Positions 23,001 to 35,314 of a stretch of DNA of 64,000 bases are shown here, piece after piece. The notes under the pieces were generated by a model. The model saw only the letters and a list, made by a program, of their open reading frames with translations, was not told where the DNA came from and ran no database searches. The position numbers and the translations under genes are program-made. The DNA comes from Trichinella spiralis. Its lineage: Eukaryota. The stretch covers positions 3,003,584 through 3,067,583 of the forward strand of contig NW_003526944.1 in the NCBI RefSeq assembly GCF_000181795.1. The letters run 5' to 3'. The first letter of the stretch is position 1. The number at the start of each line of letters is the position of its first letter.

Positions 23001-26000
23001 GCAACTTAGGCAAGCAGACACATACTGGCTGAGAAGAAATGATAATAAAAGAAATCAATACGCGCACATCATTAAACGATGCGGCCAGCGGTAAAAGCTC
23101 AGCTTAACTTCTCTTCGAAACACTCTCCACATTCAATGCATAATTTAAAAAAAATAATAACAATAATTTCATCTTTCAAAAACCACTTGTAAAAAATTAA
23201 AAAAAAACAATGTTCAACAATGATCGATCACATGAAAAGTGCTCAATTTAAGCTGTTTCAAAAAAAAAACCAACAACAAATTAACACTTCTCATTTAAAA
23301 ATAAAAAAGATAACAAAAAAATGACGTTACAAAATTGAGCAAAATTTTATTAAAAAAAAAGAAAAAGACTTATACAATGATGAATTTACTTAATCGACTA
23401 ATTGAATGTCTGTAATTTTCTCGTCTGGCGCTAAATTTGTACAAAATCAAATATTTGAAATCAATTTTACAAACAGCAAGTACACACTGTTCAATCAAAA
23501 TGCCAGACATGCCTGAAGTGATTGGACAAAGGAAAAAGAAAAAGAATGAAAACGAAACGCTACTCGCAATTACAATTATAATAATGATGATGATGTTGCT
23601 TGAATCAACTTTTTGGAATTCGAAAAATGAAGCAATAAAAATTTCATCCACTATCCTCCTCCTTTTTGCACGTGCTATACTGAGCATTTAGCATATTCAT
23701 AGTCATACAAAAAAAATCTACATCCCATTTTTGCTTTCATCTCTCTAATAACTGTGAAATGCAATTTAAATAAAAAAAATTTTTTAACTCACTTTGCCTC
23801 GTTGAGTTGAAACAACGTTACGGGAAATGAAAATGGCGACGTGGAAGTCAAAGTGGTAGTATTATGATCGCTTTTCAATGTTAAGGTTGAAGTTTTCCAA
23901 AAAGTAGACTCAGAGTGATTTTGTGCCACTAAAGAATTAGCAGCATTGCTAATTGTAGATGGGATAATTTCCGTCACACCAGCAGTAGTAGTAGTAGTAG
24001 TAGTATTGGAAATGATCGTTACCATTTCCTGATGCGACTGCACCGGTTCGATATGCTCCGTGAAATAACATACACAACCTAAATCCCAATGACAACATAA
24101 TGCAAATCAATAGTGGTGATTATTAAATAAATATACATGTAAATAAATAAATAAATAAATAAATATAGATCATTCATACGTATATGTATATAATAATTCT
24201 GTACCTGTGTTGAAAACCAACGAACCATTTGCAAGTGGCGCTTGAAATTCAGTTTGCTGAAGATAGTTCAATGCAGTTGAATTGCATTCGGATGAATTCA
24301 ACTGCACAGACCAATCAATCAGTACTGATCCATTAAATAACAAATCATCATCGTATTCTAAAATAAAATAACAACAACAACAGTTATGGTGTACAAATAG
24401 ATATTATTTTTATGCGTGTGTGTGTGATGAAAAATTTACTTGAAAAATCCACCGAGCAAAGTGGAATCTGTTGACCACTGTCCAAATCTGTCCAGGACAG
24501 CAAAGTCCGATTTGAGCAGCGGTTTCGAAATGTGGTACCATTTTTCAATAAGTGAAGAATCCCTTTGAAATACAATCGACCATCAAGCGGGAATTGTTCA
24601 TTCAAAATCTTCACCGACAATGGACAACCAGGGTCATCGGTATTTTCTACATCGGGCTCATCTGAGACCAAAATAGATAGAGATCGTGTTTTCTGCACAG
24701 CAACCAACAATGAAGCTGCCGCTGTAAACAAAAATATGTATTATTTAAAAAATGATCATCTTTAAATGTGTAAAATATTTTTCATTAAACACAATGCTTG
24801 AAAGTTTAAAAACAAGTCGTCACATTTTTAATAGACAAACTGGAATGAATAAACTTGTACAATTATTATTATTAAATTAAAATTATTCAAATTTTATTTG
24901 TTTTAATAATAAAATCAATTTTCTTGTTTATCTAAATTTTCATCAACGCATCACAGAAGAAATTGTTTCGACAGATATTTTCAAATCGATGCAAATTAAA
25001 TAAAAGAAGCCTAAGCTGCAAAAAAAGAGCAAGAGAGAGAGAAAAAAAATTCCATTAAGTTTTGATTAGAAAGAAGCAGACAAAGTTTCGATTTTAAAAA
25101 TTTCCTTTCCTTCTGAATAGGAAAACTGCAAAAAAAAGAAATAGAACTGAAATATTAATAATAATAATATGCAAGCAAAAGCAAAACAATATATTATATT
25201 ATATTATATTATATTATATTATGATGACCATGAAAATGAAAAATCCTTGACTCTGTGCAAAGAGAAGCAACATCTAGGTCAAGCAGGTCAAAAATAGATC
25301 GCTGCCCTTTCTTCTTTCTCGCCAAGCTGCATGCAGGTCCAGCAACGCTTACGCTGTGCATGTGTGGATATGCAATGCAGCTAGGAAATTCGACCTTCTC
25401 TCGTTGATTGATAAATAAACAAACAAACAAACAAAAAGATGCACACACTGACTATGCGTTGCGTGTTCAAAAATAAATTCAAAAACAAACAAACAAACAA
25501 ACAAATGCTTATTTCGAAAAGTGAAATTGAAATAGATACAGAAAGAAAAACATTCTCATCAATGAATCATCGAGCTCATCAAACAAAAAATCATTGATAA
25601 AAATTATACAACACAATTTATGTTGCTTTTCCAAAGTATGTAATATGTACATATCAAAACTTCACAACGAACCTTTTCACTGAACTTTGAATGAAAAAAA
25701 TAGGCACATTTGATTAACTTCTATAGAAACTATTCAAAAATTTTACAATTAAAAAACTATACTACAATCAATGAACAAAACGCAACATTTTCTGTACAAC
25801 AAAACAACTAAGCCAATGACATTTGAAACGCATCATCAAAATAGTTTACTTTATTCAACTACTCGGGGTACAGGGCACACTGGAATACGATACAAATTAA
25901 ATAAACTTTATTTATTTATTTATTAAAAAAACACTTCACACTTTATGCAAATTTATATAGTGCTCCGAGAAATAAAGTAGAACACATCAAAATGAGCATT

Positions 26001-26385
26001 GACAAAAAGTAAATTAAAATAAGACTCAATTGTACATTATACAATCCTCAGAGGCTACGTTCATACATTCAGCCTACATTTGAAAATGAACAATAAAATG
26101 GACACTCCTTGCCGTGAGAAGACAATTAATTCTGACCAAATTTCAATTGCATAACAAAAATATTTTAAAGAAAAATGAACAATCTTCCAAACTGCACAAC
26201 TGATTTTCAAGCTACATTCATGAAACATTAATTTTTACCATATTACCATTTTTTTATATTAATTAATAAAACAGTGCACAAAAAACAGTGAACAAAATCT
26301 TGATTCCATTTGAATAAAAGTGCTATAATAAGAAAGAAAATTGCTCACCGATAAATAAAACAGTTGGAAAATTTGTCAGTTTCAT
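20055..26385 (-). CDS. eat-20: Crumbs-family type I membrane protein, EAT-20-like (signal peptide, SEA-like region, Thr-rich stalk, EGF repeats, TM, FERM- and PDZ-binding tail), 7 exons
   Basis: Phase-compatible exons 26349-26385, ~24440-24722, ~24205-24357, ~23793-24078, ~21338-22440, ~21116-21265 and 20055-~20332. N-terminal signal peptide MKLTNFPTVLFIAAASLLVAV, about 6-7 EGF repeats, TM WIIGAVFGCISAVGLVVVGFLL. The cytoplasmic tail RRSRELKGKYNPAKEE...GERLI* carries the Crumbs GxYxPxxxE and ERLI motifs. No laminin-G domains, as expected for EAT-20 rather than CRB-1. Confidence 0.85.
22805..22990. repeat. Low-complexity GCTA/TAGC-rich tract with (TGAG)6 microsatellite (22937-22960) in an eat-20-like intron
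   Basis: Repeated gctagctagctag, gact and tgag tetramers read directly. Confidence 0.8.
25191..25220. repeat. (ATATT)6 microsatellite
   Basis: Read directly from the sequence. Confidence 0.9.
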
Positions 26386-29300
26386 TCGCGAGGCATTAGC
26401 TGATCATCATTCTGTTGCAAGTTTTTTTTGGAACAAAAACACCACTTTCGTCTTTTCAGTCAACAAAAGAAATGAAATGATAAATTCATGTGATACTTAT
26501 CAAAGTGAAACAGTAAAAAAGAAATGCTTCATCACAAGTGAAATACTGTTCAGCAATCAAAAATCAGACTTTCAAAACAATCGCCTAACCAAACGATACA
26601 AGACGAACGGTACCAAAGAGAATAATGAAATACTGTACGGCAGAAGAAAAATTAAAGAAAATCAAGTACAATTTTGCAATTTTGCATTGTTTTTTTAAAT
26701 GTTTTAGCCATTAATATGTTTTTCATTTTGCTCGATAAATGAATAGATAAGGTAGAATCAATATTTGCAAAAGCAAACCATCGCAATTGGTGGACCTACG
26801 CCGCTCGTATATTTTTGACAACTGGTCGACAAACGTGTTCGCCAGCTATATCACATTTCTCCTTATTTCAAGTGAAGCCAGCTAGTAATGGATCGATTGC
26901 GCGAAGAAATTCTTTTGACAGCCGTCTTACATATCACTAATTATTTGAAAAGAATTTTTTACCAACTTATTGTTGTTGGTCTGTTTTATTCGCTTTTACA
27001 TTTGAACTGCTTTCACAACACTTTTTAATTAACCCACAACGATTACGAAAGACAATTCACACGTTGATGAGTAATTTAAGTTGAATCATCAATTTTTAAG
27101 CTTCTTTTTTCTTCACGATCATTTTGCACGTTCAATGTTTACTAATTACTTTTTTTCTGTATTTAAATTGTTGATTGCTCATCGAATTTGCCAATAAATA
27201 AACGTCGCAATCAATTGCCAAGTTGCTTGCGTGATTTTGTAATTGAAAAGAAAGTGTCTAATCGAATTTAACAATATAATCGAACAAGCAAGTACAATTA
27301 AGAGAAAAGAAAACTGTAAAAATTTTCCAAATTCTGTCTTTGATTTGATCCGTATAATAAATAATTTTTAATAATGAAGGAGTGGCAAATTGAAATTCAA
27401 CAAACAATAATGTGAATGGGTACAGTACAAATGTACAGTGAAATGGGCAATTTGATAAAACAAATGTTGCAAATTTTTCTCCAAAAACAAAAATTGCACT
27501 ATTGATTACGTAAATTTTGATCTCATTTCCATGATTAAATGAAGTTGGTCACACTTTTATAAATATATATTGATACTGAATTTACGATAAAATAACCAGA
27601 AAGACGGCTATAATTGTGATTTTTACCAAATAGAACATTAACAAAGAAAGCTGATTTATGTTGAATTGCGTGTTGTTAAGTCAAAATGTTTCACATAAAT
27701 ATTATAAAAGCAATACGATGAAAATAAGTTTGATGATTCCAACAGATACAATAAACAGTTGAGCAAAAACAAAGTAAACAAAGAATGCATTTAAATTTTA
27801 ACATTTTCATGAAAACAAAAATTGTTTTTTGACAACGCAGAATAATACATGCAACATTTTGGTGGAATAAAATTAGCATTTGATAAATATGCATTACGTC
27901 GATGGTTTATTCTTTTTCTTTCTCCTGATATTCCATTTATACAGTTTTCAGGATTGTAACAAATTTTAAAAGATGCAAATAAATACATAAATAATGTTAC
28001 AAATTTCTTGGAATTGAAACAAATTGAGCTGATTAACAGAATAAGTAGAAAAAGGAAAGAAAATTTTAGGTGAATTTATACAAACTGAAAAATCACATAC
28101 TTTAAGAATAGAAAGAATTGATGAAATAATCTTCAACTCTTGAAATGCGTCTTTCTCCTTATGAAAATTTCCCCATCTAAACCTGGTCTACTTCAAATAT
28201 TGAATCTAGCTTGAAAAAGTGCTCACTTTGTAGCATGACAATTAACAATACAATTTCTGCCTTATTTCTCGTGCATCATTTGACATTTTAATGTTTAATA
28301 ATTGGTAAATTTGCATTTAATTGCTTTTCTTAATGACAAAATTTGACAAATTTCTGAATAATTTTTTACAACTAGTTTACATCAACGGCAGCAGAACGAT
28401 TCACTGAAATGTGCAATTTTTGACGTTTAAAATTTTAAAAACTTGAAAACATTTTTGAAAAACCCGTACAAACATCACAGATTGTTTTTTTAAATAAATT
28501 ATACATTTCCTCATCATTTTTGAATAGCATAATTTAAACTGAAAAGGGTGGCAAATTTGTTGAACAGTTTTCAAACTGACCAATCACAGAGTGACAAAGC
28601 AGAAACTGCACGAATAGAACAAGTTGACCTTGACCTTGCATTCTGCAGATAGCAAAGTAGTGTGTTTGGCATTTCGCCAAACCGGTTGTAAATTCCATTT
28701 ATTATATTTCATCAAGGAAAATATTTGTTTTCATTTTATCATTTTTTCTAATTGATAATCAAAATAACAACTACTATTGATTTTATTGATTAAATAAATA
28801 AAATCATAAAAAATCAACAACTGATAAATTATTGAAAATATTTTTATTTGAAAAAAATTGTATAATGTAAGTTCATTAAAAGTAAATAAACAGAACAGGC
28901 AATAATGGAATAATTATTGCAATGTGTTAACGTGCTTTGAAAAAAAATTTGATGAAAAATGTAATTCAAAACAGATAAACATTGGAAATTTTGATTAAAT
29001 TACATAAATTCAAAAAAAACATTTCGTTTCAACACTTTCATAATGATACAAAAATAAGTTAGACAAAACTGAAGTTATTTTATTTTCATTTAATTATTAA
29101 TTTTATCAATTGCAAAATACTAATAATAATTCAAAATTTGCTGTCGACTATAATATTCTAATTAATGTAGAAATTTAATTATGAAAGTAATGAATAAAAA
29201 TAATTTTTGTAATGATTTGAAAAATTAACCAAATCAAAGAAAATGCACTATGTAAATTACAAATTATTTAAAATATAAATAAATTGAAGTACATTTCAAT

Positions 29301-32014
29301 TCATTTATTGTTTACTTGTTATTTTGCAGTAATAATAAAAACAAATAAATTCAATTATTAATTAGCATATGAATTTGAAAAATGCTCAATTATTAAAACA
29401 GAAATTTTAATTTTTCAAAAAAAGTATAAATATATGCATAAATTTTAATAAAGGTTAGAGAATGTTTTCCTTGTGATATAATAATGCAGATTGGGTATTC
29501 ATTTGCTTCTTATATTGATTTCAACTGTTCTCGGGTTTTAATTGAACAAAACATGCACCGGCAACGCGCTACTTTTATTACGACATACTCAATTCTGTGG
29601 TCGTTGTTTCGATCGAAATTGCCATCTTGAAAATTTGTATAAATATTAAATACGAGCAGTTTTTTTTATTATTACTGAAGCACATCTATGCCAAGTATTA
29701 AAATGACATCTTGCTTGTCAAAATACATGTACAAATGAATAATTTCTGCTGTTGAAAAGTAAGTTTTGTTGAACTTTTTAACATTGATAATCATATTATT
29801 TTCCATTTTCTGTTGAAATATAATAAACAAATATAGTCACATTTGATACATTCAAAATTTGGTCTGTAAACTATTTCAATTCATTTTCTTAGCTATTAAT
29901 TATTACTTTAAACAATCAGAAAGTGTAATTAATATTGCCAAAGAAGAGAATAATTTTTATTTCATAATAATTTACATTACCTAGATAGGAAACATTATTT
30001 TCATCGCCTTGGCAATCTGACATATCGACCACTCAGTTGACTGTCAATAGATTAAACTTAATCTTACTGGATAGCACATTATTCGAACTGAAACTCTGTA
30101 CTCGTTTTTGAAATGAATTTCAAAATTGCAACTCCACCACCATCTATATCTCTCTTTGATGAATAAATTATTACCTTTTAAAAATTTAATTTCAAAAAAG
30201 TATTTTCTTTGCAATTTCTTATTTATACTACAGAACAATGTTTGTCTCGTTTTTGAAAAATGATAAATAAGGAAATGGAAAATTTGAATTACAAATAGCT
30301 TTTCATCAAACAAATATTATTTTTGATCCATTGATCATTTATTGATAATTCTTTCACAGAAATATTCTTCTTCGTTTTTTTTCGGCAAACACTAAATGCA
30401 ATAATAATAACACAAAAGTACAATCAATTGCTGAGCATTTTACATATTTTTCTTTCCAATACACAAAATAATAAAAATGAATTTTCTCGTTGCTTGAAGT
30501 GCTCAAGAATGAATTATTCAAAAATGAACTTATTGTATGCATTATTTTTTTCATTCAAAATTGAACAAATGAACAATTTGGCAGATGTTCCCTCGAAAAT
30601 TTGTGTTGACAATAAAACAAAAATTGAACAATGCTTATGCTGCATAAAAAAAAGCACGGGGAATATTTTCAAATTCATTTTTCATGCTCATTGTCCATTT
30701 CATTTCAAAGCCACAACTTGAGCGTGAATAATAAGCGTGAAATTGTCAATCAAATGTGATCAATTCAAAATTTGGTAAATTCATAAATATGGAAGGACCT
30801 GAAAAACCAAAAATTGAAAATTTCACTATTTTTTCTCTTTTTTTTTGTTTTCAATTTTTCAATATTTTAATTTGATCCTACTTTTCCAATTAAAACCTAT
30901 TTATTCCCGCGGTAAGTTTGATTTTTGAAAAAACCGGTTTTCATCATTACAAAAGAAAATTTCACTACACAACGTTGAAATTGTTGGTGCATATTTCAAT
31001 AAAACAAAAAATTATTTATTATTTATAACATTATAAAAAATAAATCAAATTAGTATTTTCTAAAAAAATAAATAAAGAAGCGTCATCGTAACAGTTTCAA
31101 TTGATTACTATATGAAAAGAGTTTAACGATTGTAAATTGTTAATAATAATAATAAATAATGCGATTATGCAATTTCAATAAAGTTGAATAATTCCAATTA
31201 GTATAAATTAGTGGGGAATGATATTTTTTTCCAAGTGAAGTGCGCAGTGACAAAAGAAAAAGATAAAAAGCACCTGCATGTCCAAAAACGCAACGCACCG
31301 GCAGGCAAATTTTCAAGACGAGCATATCTGAGTGGAGGAGGAAATTTGAATTGCAAATTTTATGACCAGCAAATTTGTTATGGTTGATTTGAAAAAGCCG
31401 ACGCCTGTCGCGCGCGCGTTTTGAAAATTAGCTAATTGGAGCTGTCAGCGGTTGTTATGGAACTTGAAGCGGTCGATTATTTGTTTGTTTGCAGATATTT
31501 GGCAAATCTATATTATTCGTCTGCCGCGGTCGATGCCTGCGCTTGTTGGAAAGCTGTTCTTTGCGTGAGCCAAAAGAAGGAAAGGGGAAAAAAATTTCTT
31601 CTGCTAATTGTGTGTCTTTGTGCTTTTTGCCTTTTTTTAAAATTATTTCGACAAGCTTTTCCGACAGACGTCGACGTCACCGGTTGGCGCTTGTCAGCGA
31701 CAGTTGTTTAGCGCCCAACGGTGAAAAATGGCTGCTAACGTTCACGTCAGGGGCGCGTTTTGGAGAATCAGTCAGTTTTGAAGCTGTTCAAAGTCGTCTC
31801 TCTCCCTCTTTGTGGCGCGTGATCGTGGCATTTTCCACGACGTCATTTTCACACTTTTCACAACATTGTTTTTTTTGACAGCATATATCCGGTACGCGTG
31901 CTCAGATCAGCTTGTTCATTATTAGCCAGATGTCAGGTCGTCCGCTGCTTTTCAAGCTGCCGCCAAGCCTTCATTCACCTAGTTGAACGGTGACGCAGTT
32001 TTATTTACAAGTCG

Positions 32015-35000
32015 ATGAAGTTCCTGTTCACCTTTTTCGAACCTGCCCATCATGTATTCATCTGGTACAGTTCAACAATACTGGGAATCTTGTTTCTCAT
32101 CACGGTCGCTCAACCAACTGACCAAGATCACTTGAACTTGGTCCGTCGTCACACATCTTACGGTGACGTGCTTGGATTTGTGCATCATGGCAAATTAGCA
32201 TCTGCCGAATGTTACTTGGGCATTCCATACGCAAGACCACCGATCAACGATCGGCGCTTTGCGGTAACAAATGCTTTTTTGGATCAAAAGTATACAATAC
32301 AACGTTTTTTTGTTCTGTTTTGTTACAGTATCCTGAACCTGTCGATCATTGGATCAATTTGTACAACGCCACATATTTTCGGCCTTGGTGTGTACAGTTT
32401 TGGTATTCGGATGTCTACTTGGAGAAGAGAGAACAAAGCGAAGATTGTCTTTATTTGAATATTTTTGTGCCTCGAAAAGTAATCAAATTTCACCCATGTG
32501 CACGTTCAGAGTGAACTTTTTCAGACTGTACATGCAAAACCGTACCCTGTATTAGTGTGGATACACGGCGGTTCGTATCAAGTGGGCGGGTCGCAACTTT
32601 TTCCAATCAACGGAACGGTCGATAACATTGTATCTCACGGTGTAATTTTTGTCTCAATAAATTACCGCCTCGGTCCGTTAGGTAATTTTAGATGAAATTC
32701 TGAAATTGAAAAAAACAACAATAATAATAATAATAAGTCCGTTTCACGCTGTTTGCTTAGCTTAGGTTTTCTAACCAACATGCGATCTGGACTGTTCGGC
32801 AATTACGGTCTTGAAGATCAAATAGTCGCCCTACAGTGGATCAAAGATACGATCGGCTTGTTCGACGGAGATCCAAGCCGAATCACTGTCGGCGGCGAAA
32901 GTTCCGGTGCGGCCAGCGTAAGCATACTGGCCACCTCGCCCAGGACGATTGGTAGAGTTTGCCCGTTTCAACCGTTTTAATATTAAATCAGCCCAATTTT
33001 GAGGACTCTTCCAACGGGCCGTAATTCGCAGCGGTTCGGCCATGTCTCCTTGGGCAATTCAATCGACCAACACCGATTTGAATTCCGCCAGACTGATGGA
33101 AGTGACCAACTGCAGCTTCAACGACGACAAAAAAACAATGGAATGCTTGCGTACACTGTCCATATCCCAGATGAAGAACATTTGGAAATTGTTAGCTGAT
33201 GATGGGATGAAACTGATTTATTCAAAATCTGATTCAAAATCAATCGTAATTGTAAAAATCAAATTTTATAAAAAAAAGTGGGATGGAAGGATTTTTTGAA
33301 TTCGATAACTTTTTTCCTTTCTTTGTAATGATATAACGTGATGAGGAAAGCGTTGTTTTTAAATTGAGAAATTATTTGTAAAATTTTCAAAATTATGTTT
33401 ATAATTTTTAGAATTACAATCATCCATTCTTAGCGCACACCTATTTCACTCCAGTTGTCGATAAATACCGGGAAAATCAAAGCATTATTCCACTGCCAGC
33501 GGAAAGACTAATTAGAGAAAACGCGCGTCTGCCGTTGATGATAGGAAGCACAACTGGAGAATGCATTGCTTACGTGTCATGGTTGGCGTATTTAGGTAAA
33601 ACAAATAAATTCAATGAAATTACTTTTCACTGAATTTTCCAATCAGCAACTACTCTTGTAGCAGCTGTTGATCAAGCTCAGTAGTAGTGGATTTTTTTCA
33701 CATTAATTTCCATTTTAAACTATTAAATGTTCTTCTCTCTTGGAAATAAACTCTCAAAAAATGTTCAATTTTCAAATCAGTGTGTATAAATTTCATATAA
33801 AATTATACAAAGCAAAACAATTTTCAACACTTACTTGTTATAATTTCAATTGAAGTAAAATTGGACGTTTTGGCATGTCGAGAGCATTTGGCATCTAGCT
33901 GTCAATTGCATACTCACTACACTTATCATTAGTATTATATACTACAAAGTAGTACTGCTTAGTGTTGTTTGTTGACAACATTTGCAATTGGCGTCAGTCA
34001 AATTCCACTTCAACTACCCTTACTTACCGAAAAAGAAATTCAAGTATAAATTATGTTTCCAAACAGTTAAATTTGAATATTATTAATCATTCAAAATCAG
34101 TTGTTTGAATCAATTTCAGTTCAACATTTTCTTTCATATTTGACAAAATTCTTTGCGCATTTCACTTAAAAATTGACAAAACAATGATCTGTTTAATTTG
34201 AATTTTAAACATGACATTGTTTATAATATGTTCCATTATTAAACTTCAGTTGCGTAATTTAAATTATGATTTACTGATTATTGTGTTTTTTAGCTGAAAA
34301 TGATCGCATTGATTTGTGCAATATTGAATTTGTCGCACCATCGTTTCGTTTCAAAAACGCCGAACAAGTCAAGCAAGCCATTTATCAACATTATTTTGAT
34401 AATCGTCCAATTCAGCACGATACAAATCTCAGTCATATTCTTGTCAAAGTATTGATTTTTCTTTGATTTAGTTTAATTATATATATTTTCAAGATTAATT
34501 ATATATATCAATTTTTACAGATTGTAACAGACCAAAATATTAAAGTTCCGATGATGAAAGAGATCTCATATTATACGAATAAGAATGTTCCAATATTTGT
34601 GTACTCGTTTGATTACAGTGATGACAAATTGCAGAACATGCATCTGAGCTTTGCTATGCGCGATCGTAAGTTATTCATTGCCGATTGATTTTATTTTTTT
34701 GATATTAATTGTTCTATCATCTTTTATAGAGGGTGCGGCACATGGTTTTGATCTCGTTTATTTATTTCAGTCGATGTCAGTATTGGATCCGAGGAATATA
34801 ACTGTTGAATGGGCTTCTGAAGATTTGAACATCACTTATTTTATAGCTTCGACAATGACAAATTTTGTCAAATTTGGGTATAATAATAATAATAATACTG
34901 CTGCTGTTGTTGTTGTTGCTTAAAAGCTTATTTTTCAGTAATCCAAATTTTCAAAAAGAGTCGAACAAATTGCAATTTCACTGGCCACCTTTTGATTTTC

Positions 35001-35314
35001 CATCCAGCCAACAAATGTACATCGGCAGTCAGATTAAGCCGATTAAAGTTCCATTTGAATTGCTTTACTTTTGGAATCGTACAATTGAGATTATCCAAAC
35101 GCTGTCATTGCAGCATGATTTCATTTTCGAGCCGCCCACCGTGTCCAATTTCCACTGTGGCGTTTTCGAAGATTATGAACTTCTCAATTATCGTGTCGCA
35201 TTTTTCACCGTTCTCACGCTCAGCTTGGCGATGCTTTTTCTGCTTGGATTTTGCTGCTTTTTGCACGTCAACTATCGCAACCAGGAAAAAAACATACCAA
35301 CCGTTGTCGAATGA
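32015..35314 (+). CDS. Type-B carboxylesterase (alpha/beta hydrolase) with C-terminal transmembrane anchor, about 10 exons
   Basis: Motifs YLGIPYARPP, SEDCLYLNIF, VWIHGGSY, INYRLGPLGF and GNYGLEDQIVAL. Nucleophile elbow GESSG, acid in GSTTGE, His in GAAHGFDL. N-terminal hydrophobic leader and C-terminal TM VAFFTVLTLSLAMLFLLGFCCFL. Stop at 35312-35314. Confidence 0.92.

Noticed and set aside
26450..31400. Short ORFs in the long region between the divergent eat-20-like and esterase genes
   Set aside because: Extremely AT-rich with F/I/K/N-biased translations and no consistent exon chain. Treated as intergenic.
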